From contig PS015181.1 of the NCBI GenBank assembly GCA_048213135.1, forward strand, positions 58,719 to 78,718: a stretch of DNA of 20,000 bases, written 5' to 3'. The position numbers and the translations under genes were made by a program. The stretch comes from Reclinomonas americana ATCC 50394 (Eukaryota). Below the pieces are notes generated by a model. It was not told the origin of the DNA and searched no databases. It saw only the letters and a list, made by a program, of their open reading frames with translations. Positions 11,701 to 20,000 of this stretch are shown here, in pieces (within the stretch, counting starts at the first letter, position 1; each line of letters opens with the position of its first letter).

Positions 11701-14700
11701 GCGTCTGAGACCTCTTTCGTGTGTCTAACACGTGCCTCTTCTTGGCGCAGTTCTCTATTCAAGTTGGCGACACGACCGTGTCGTCGAATGGCACCGTGTC
11801 AATATCCGCCACATCGGCGTTGACTGTAAGTGGCACTTCTACTGTCAGCATCACGTCGACCAATGCTGCCTTGACTCTCGATGCTGTTTCGAGCGTTGCG
11901 TCACACTCTTGTCGACAATCTGCTCTGCCATTTACCCACCATGTGTTTTGCCGTTTGTGTAGACGGTGACCATGGGCGCGACGGCCCAGTCCGTTGTCAT
12001 TGGCAATTCATCGGCGAGTCTTACGGTGCAGAGCCCGGTGAGTTTCAACAAATCTCCACATGCATGCGCACGCTTGTCGACGCAGCTGACGCTGGCGACG
12101 TGGTACAGATTGCGGCGCAACGAGCGGTTGTCATGTCGGGCACGTTGGAGGTGAATGGCGAAGCACACTTGGTTGGCGATGTGCGCACAACGAACATTCG
12201 CTCCGAGAGCGCCACGAGTGCCACAGGTGGTATCATTAGCCTGCAGTCGCAGTCGGACCTGCAGCTTCTTGTTGGTGAGGAGTCTGGAAGTGACTTTCTC
12301 TCTCGCTTACCACCCACCATCTAACGATTGGCTGGCGCGCAGGTCTCGATGCGGGTGCCGCTTCGTCCATTGTGCAACTCGGAGACAGTACAGCCAAGGC
12401 TTTCATATTGAAGCGCGTCTCCACCGGATCGGCGACGGCCGGTTCTGCGACCCAATTGCTCGGCCAAGATTCCACTGGCACCGGCGGCAGCGTGTTGCGT
12501 CCCCTTGTCCAGTGCTGTGAATCAGGCGCTGGGTAGTTTCCTCACACTTTGTGATGCTGCGCCACGCAGGAGCATTGATGCGGGCGCTGCGCCTACTCCA
12601 GGCGACATTCTCATGGGCACTGTGGCCGCCACGACCATCACCATCGGCAATTCTGCACATGCCGCACAGCAGACGACCATTGTTGGTGCGTCCCTTTGTT
12701 GACTGTGATTGATGTGAATGCGCGCACATGTTCACGCGGTTGACGCTGCTGCTGCAGATGCCAGTACGTTGGTCCGCGTGGGCACTGTGGCCACCACCGC
12801 CACCGTGCGGCTCGGCGGGCTGGCCACACAGCTGTTGGGCACGGTATGTCGCGGCCGCCGCCGTTTGTGCACTTTTTGTTGATAACCTTCCACTGAGCTT
12901 GCGTATTGCCATTGCAGAATACCGTGGCCGTGGCGGCACCCGCCATCACTGTTGGGCAGGCGGCGTCCACCATCGCCCGCGCCACCTCGCTTACTCTCGA
13001 CGCTGCGACCACGCTGACAATTGGCGACTCCACGACGCCAACGTCTACCATTAGCGTGTACGGCGCCACGGCCACCGTTAGTTGCGTGGTGGAGCTCATT
13101 CACGATGCTTACCCACAATGCTGACCGTGTGTGTGAATGGGGTGTGCAGCGGCCACTACTTCACTGGCCGCCGTAACCGACGCAGTGACCTTTGGCACCA
13201 CTGCCGGCAGCAAGTTGCGCTTTGCGGCCGGAGCACCGTTTGTTGTCGACTTGGACGCTGTGGGAGGTCTGTTGGTGTTCTGATCTGCCTCCCATTTTTT
13301 CTTGTTGCTGACTGGAGCGGCGCAGGAACGCTTTCGTTCGGCGACGACACGCTGTCCACCACTGGCGCCGTCTTGAGTTCAAGCGTCAGCGCCAGTGGCA
13401 CCGTGTCCGGCAATGCTCTCGTGCTGACCGCCGCCGCCATCAATGCGGCCGGTGCGATCACTGGAACCAGCTTGAGTGTCAGCGGCGTCGTGAACGGCGC
13501 GAGCGTCAGCACCAGTGGCGCAGTGTCTGCGGATTCGTTGACTCTCACCGCTGCTGCGATCAACTCTGGTGGTGCCATCACGGGCACCAGTTTGAGCGTC
13601 AGTGGGGTCGTGAATGGAGCCAGCGTCAGCACCAGCGGCACGGTGTCCGCGAACGCGCTCACATTGACGGCGGCCGCCATCAACGCCGCCGGTGCAATCA
13701 CCGGCACCAGCATGAGCGTCAGCGGCGTCGTGAATGGCGCGAGCGTCAGCACGAGTGGTGCGGTGTCAGCCGATTCACTGACATTGACAGCGGCAGCGAT
13801 CAACGCCGCCGGTGCCATTACGGGTACCAGCCTGAGTGTTAGCGGCACCATCAACTCGTCAGGCATCAGCACGTCGGGTACTGTATCAGCCAGTGCACTC
13901 ACGCTGACTGCCGCGTCCATTGACGCCGCCGGTGCCATCCTCGGTACGAGTATGAGTGTGAGTGGAGNNNNNNNNNNNNNNNNNNNNNNNNNNNNNNNNN
14001 NNNNNNNNNNNNNNNNNNNNNNNNNNNNNNNNNNNNNNNNNNNNNNNNNNNNNNNNNNNNNNNNNNNNNNNNNNNNNNNNNNNNNNNNNNNNNNNNNNNN
14101 NNNNNNNNNNNNNNNNNNNNNNNNNNNNNNNNNNNNNNNNNNNNNNNNNNNNNNNNNNNNNNNNNNNNNNNNNNNNNNNNNNNNNNNNNNNNNNNNNNNN
14201 NNNNNNNNNNNNNNNNNNNNNNNNNNNNNNNNNNNNNNNNNNNNNNNNNNNNNNNNNNNNNNNNNNNNNNNNNNNNNNNNNNNNNNNNNNNNNNNNNNNN
14301 NNNNNNNNNNNNNNNNNNNNNNNNNNNNNNNNNNNNNNNNNNNNNNNNNNNNNNNNNNNNNNNNNNNNNNNNNNNNNNNNNNNNNNNNNNNNNNNNNNNN
14401 NNNNNNNNNNNNNNNNNNNNNNNNNNNNNNNNNNNNNNNNNNNNNNNNNNNNGAGCGTGAGTGGCGCAGTGAACGGCAGCAGTGTGAGCACGAGTGGCGC
14501 CGTGTCCGGTGCATCGCTGACGTTGACGGCAGCTGCAATCAACGCAGCTGGTGCGATCACGGGTGTCAGCCTGAGTGTGAGTGGCGCTGTTAACGGCCTG
14601 AGTGTGAGCACGAGTGGCGTGATGTCCGGCGCTTCGTTGGCGTTGACGGCAGCTGCAATCAACGCAGCTGGTACGATCACGGGTGTCAGCCTGAGCGTGA

Positions 14701-15553
14701 GTGGTGCGGTGAACGGCGCAACGATCACCAGCGGTGGTGTGGTCGTCGCGACGGGTGCAATCACGGGTGCCAGTGTCAGTGTCAGTGGCGCAGTGAACGG
14801 CAGCAGTGTGAGCACGAGTGGTGCGGTGAACGGCGCAACGATCACCAGCGGTGGTGTGGTCGTCGCGACGGGTGCGATCACGGGTGCCAGTGTCAGTGTC
14901 AGCGGCGCAGTGTCTGGTGCATCGCTGACGTTGACGGCGGCGTCCGTCGATGCGGCTGGTGCGATTACGGGCGACTCGCTTACGTTGACTGCGGCATCGA
15001 TTGATTCGGCCGGCGCCATTGCTGGTGACTCGCTGACATTGACGGCGGCGTCGATCGATTCGGCTGGCGCGATCACTGGATCTTCAGTGACAACGTCTGG
15101 CGATGTTGAAGTCGCTGGCACACTCAAGAGCACAGCTGGCCTCTCGCTGACACCTGTGATTATCATCGACGACATGATGGCATCGCAGACAGTCACCGAT
15201 CCCTCCATCGTCATTCTCAAAGTTGCGCGAAAGAGATTTGTGTTGCTTGACTTGCATGCCTTAAAATTACTCACCTGAATTGTCAATGTGCAGTCGAATG
15301 GAGGAGCTGTACGTAGTTTTTTTTTTACCGTCGTTGCCTTCAACCTCGTCGCTTGTGCCTCATTTTTTCTTGTTTGCAGGCACCTGTGGCAGTCGCCGTT
15401 ACCATCACGACGGCAGTCGACGGCCTCACCGTGTGGGTCAAGAATGTGTCGACCAACAACATGGTGGTCACTGTCGGAACCGCCACCACAACAATAATGC
15501 CATACACGACCGGCTTCTTTGTCTATGACGGCGCGTCGACAAGTTGGTACTAG
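2720..15553 (+). CDS. Giant (~3,400 aa) single-pass, probably type II, membrane protein with a long fibre-like beta-repeat ectodomain; 38 exons
   Basis: ATG at 2720 in an AAAAAATGG context. Inferred introns, all GT-AG and phase-compatible: 2751-2870, 3786-3859, 4140-4208, 4375-4459, 4548-4635, 5005-5083, 5427-5492, 5863-5931, 6052-6116, 6326-6383, 6859-6945, 7182-7258, 7961-8034, 8111-8183, 8691-8755, 9037-9102, 9257-9312, 9541-9603, 9760-9842, 9960-10023, 10152-10216, 10290-10365, 10465-10528, 10666-10728, 10814-10880, 11025-11088, 11671-11750, 11895-11962, 12038-12108, 12275-12342, 12494-12569, 12686-12757, 12844-12917, 13081-13149, 13267-13325, 15222-15293, 15309-15379. Hydrophobic helix VILSTTVVAHVLLMWILFGIVMFLIA at about 3670-3750. 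Stop TAG at 15551-15553. Continuity across the N gap is assumed because the same repeat flanks both sides. Confidence 0.82.
13380..15080 (+). repeat. Coding tandem repeat: 120-nt / 40-aa unit (SLSVSGVVNGASVSTSGAVSADSLTLTAAAINAAGAITGT) with shorter derivative units
   Basis: The 120-nt period is visible at 13431, 13551, 13671, 13791 and 13911. It continues after the gap (14521, 14641), followed by variant units and 16-aa units (DSLTLTAASIDSAGAI). Confidence 0.95.
13968..14451. other. Assembly gap inside the coding tandem repeat
   Basis: Run of 484 N. Confidence 1.
15294..15308 (+). other. 15-nt microexon (SNGGA) of the giant gene
   Basis: TGCAG|TCG AAT GGA GGA GCT|GTACGT. It is phase 0 on both sides and flanked by introns of 72 and 71 nt, typical for this gene. 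Confidence 0.7.
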
Positions 15554-15751
15554 AAAGAGAGAGAGAGAGAGACAAAAGGAAAAAGTTCAAAAGTGTACAC
15601 TGAGCAGAGTGCTGTTGTACTGCACAAACAGCAACAGCCACAAGCCCCACTATGCGCGGAATCGCCAACACGCCTCCCCCTCTCCCTCCCTCCTCTCTCT
15701 CTCTCTCTCTCACACACACATACACCGACTCCATCACTGACGCGGTTCGTC

Positions 15752-17677
<1,926 letters not shown>

Positions 17678-18102
17678 CTTGCGTTGAGTGTATGTGTGAA
17701 AGTGAGAAATAACCGGTAACCCGCAATTGAAAGTGCGAACGGTCACGGTCACCCATCACTTTCAACAATGTGCGAGGCACTTGTGCACTTTGCGCGTGTT
17801 GCCTCGTCGACTGCGGGACGAGGTGGGATTATTGGGCGAGCACAGCGTGGACTGTTTGCAGTTGCGTAAGTGCGCACACACCAGGATGATGAGAAAAGAG
17901 TAATGATGTGTGCTTACTCTCTCTTGTGTGTGTGTGCTTGTGTGCAGGGAAAGCGTGTGCTTAGTGGGCACTACATCTCCTTTAGTGATAAGCGGTGAGT
18001 GGAGGGGTGGGGGAGAGAGAGGGGATGAGAGAGAGAGGAAGAGTGGAGAGATGCAGTCACTCTTGCGCACAATGAATGCAACTGGCACACATGCAAGAGA
18101 GA

Positions 18103-18122
18103 NNNNNNNNNNNNNNNNNNNN
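18103..18122. other. Assembly gap (20 N, true size possibly unknown)
   Basis: Run of N between purine-rich low-complexity flanks. Confidence 1.
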
Positions 18123-18189
18123 CCTACGCGAGGAAGAGGTGAGGGATGAGGGGTGAGGAGGGTGAGGAGGGAAAGGGAATAGAACGAAC

Positions 18190-18304
18190 CGAGCCCGACA
18201 CGGCGCAGCCGGCGACCACCACGTAATTCCACAGCGGGTCGAACTTGTTGCGGCGATTGTAGAGCACGCGGGAGACGTATTGGTGCACTTCGGAGGGGTC
18301 GATG
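18190..18304 (-). CDS. PSMB4: Single internal exon of 20S proteasome subunit beta type-4 (beta7)
   Basis: CCACCAG|c ATC GAC...TCG|GTTCGT encodes IDPSEVHQYVSRVLYNRRNKFDPLWNYVVVAG, matching the beta7/Pre4 signature RV[LM]YNRRNKF[DN]PLWN. No other exons were recognised in the window. Confidence 0.85.
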
Positions 18305-19297
18305 CTGGTGGGGGGAAGTGGAAGGAGAAGTGAGGACGATGAAGGAGAATGAGGTGAAGAATCAGCTGAGTAATGGGTAGAGGACTGCATATGAAGCCAA
18401 CTGCAGCTGGGAGGACAACAAGAAATGATGCACACGCAGGATATGACTCGAGAGGATCAAGATGAGGGCATGAATATGTGCAGGAGCAGAGAGATGGGCA
18501 ACAAAGCATCAAGACAGACGGAAGCAGAGAGATGAGCAACAAAGGAGTCAAGACAGACGAAAGCGGGCCACGAAAAAGCAACGGAGGAGACTTGAGAGAT
18601 GCAGCAGAAGGGATCAAATGCACAGGAAGAGCACCGAAGCATCAAGACGATCGGATAGAGCATGAAGTTGCAACATCAGCGGGTTGAGAACGAAACCCCA
18701 AGGGATGCAGAAAGAGGAACTAAATACACAACAGGAGCAGACATGACACCACAAGCAGCTGGAGGAGCAGGAGGTGCATGAAGACGGATTGAGTTGACGA
18801 GAAAGTGCACACGAAACCCCAGGAACAGATATAGGGAGCTGCAAAGACACACAGCTCCATTTTGCAACGTAAACAGAAGGACGCACGCAAGCAGAACTGC
18901 GCGAATTAGAGTCCAGATGATCGCAGAAATGCAGCAAGTGGAGACGAACAAACAAACACCTTGTGACTTGAATAGATGAAAGAAAGAACTTGCACTGCAG
19001 CAGAAGGACAAAAAATCACAGCAGCCGTGCACGTACGCTCCAGAAGTGTGGTGGCACAAGCAAGAAGCCAGGAATGAACTTTGCATGCACGCTGCCAACC
19101 ACAGTGCCTTCTGCGAAAATCAGGAACGCACGCGACAGGTGCAACAACGCACAGGCACACTTTCGCCAAAATAGAAGCAAGAAAGACTGCCAATCACGGT
19201 TCTTGCTGAGACACAAGTGACGTGGTGCAAGCAACAACAACCAGGAACGAGACTGCATGCGCTGACAACAACGGCTATGTCTGCCAGAAGAGTGGTG

Positions 19298-19591
19298 GCA
19301 CGAGGAGGAAGAGAGGGGATGAACTTGCGTGGACGCTAGCAACCGAGTTCTTTCTGCTACAAGAGACGTGTGGCGCAAGCAAGAATGACCAGGAACGACC
19401 GCGACAGGTGAAGCGAAGGAGGGATATCCTTCTGTCACAAAAGATGTAGCACGAGGAGGAAGAGAGGGGATGAACTTGCGTGGACGCTAGCAACCCAGTT
19501 CTTTCTGCTACAAGATACGTGTGGCGCAAGCAAGAATGACCAGGAACGACCGCGACAGGTGAAGCGAAGGAGGGATATCCTTCTGTCACAA
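19298..19591. repeat. Two near-identical tandem copies of a ~143-nt unit (period 151), with more degenerate relatives at about 19040-19250
   Basis: 19298-19440 and 19449-19591 both read gcacgaggaggaagagaggggatgaacttgcgtggacgctagc...atccttctgtcacaa, with only a few mismatches. Confidence 0.95.
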
Positions 19592-19966
19592 GAGAAGTTG
19601 TAAATGCAAGAATACACAGAAAAGCCATTAAAGACAGACATCATCCCACAAGGGGGGCGGCAAAAGAAAGAATAGACCAGGACCGAACGCGTGAGGTGCC
19701 AGACACCCTTACGCTTGAAAGGCCGAGTGATACATGACAGAAATGCCATTGCACACCCCATCCCCTTTGTCTCCCCCCTTTCCCCTTGCTGCAGATTCTA
19801 CACGGAGAGGTGCAGCAAAGAGCTGTGGCACATGCAAGAACATCTCCCACTGACACTTGCCAGAGAGCGACCAAAGGCCGATTCGACCAGCGCTTCCCGT
19901 AAAACAAGAGAGAACAGAGAAGGTGTGGCACAACTCGCATCGTGATGCTCGAGAGAAGCAACAAGA

Positions 19967-19967
<1 letters not shown>

Positions 19968-20000
<33 letters not shown>
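19968..20000. repeat. (CT)n microsatellite
   Basis: Pure CT run reaching the window end. Confidence 0.97.

Noticed and set aside
13077-13149. GTTAGT at 13077 as the donor
   Set aside because: The phase is incompatible with the acceptor at 13149; GTTGCG at 13081 fits.
13214-13325. GTTGCG at 13214 as another shifted donor
   Set aside because: The phase does not match the acceptor at 13325; GTCTGT at 13267 fits, so it was not counted.
13156-15343. Long minus-strand ORFs (460 and 485 aa) and many other overlapping ORFs
   Set aside because: These are antisense shadows of GC-rich repetitive coding sequence, inflated by N runs.
1-15553. Prokaryotic or phage gene cluster, or a heavily frameshifted pseudogene
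   Set aside because: All but one frame break is explained by GT-AG introns with pyrimidine-rich 3' ends and CTCAC/CTGAC/CTAAC-like branch motifs. No other viral genes are present.
19298-19591. CRISPR array or LTR pair
   Set aside because: Only two long adjacent units, with no repeat-spacer pattern, no internal coding region and no recognisable element termini.

Overview
Intron-rich eukaryotic DNA, most likely from a flagellated protist, with three assembly gaps. The + strand carries two tandem genes for very large Ser/Thr/Gly/Ala/Val-rich beta-strand repeat proteins. The first is the 3' part of a gene ending at 2614. The second is a gene at 2720-15553, interrupted by an assembly gap, with 37 inferred introns (about 3,400 aa). 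Its product has an N-terminal Pro/Ser-rich tail, one transmembrane helix, an RRSLLQ motif, many 'TRP..GQ..GG[DSNA][LV]xLDGG..G.V.IG' modules, a 40-aa tandem-repeat shaft and a short C-terminal domain. This architecture is reminiscent of viral tail-fibre proteins. The - strand carries an SF-assemblin/beta-giardin family gene (17677-15752) and one isolated exon of proteasome subunit beta type-4. The most striking sequence-level signal is in the splice donors: 16 of 43 manually inferred introns begin GTTGCG(T) or a close variant (the usual donor shifted by one base), and none of these has G at exon position -1. All gene models are manual, based on reading-frame and phase continuity, without transcript data.
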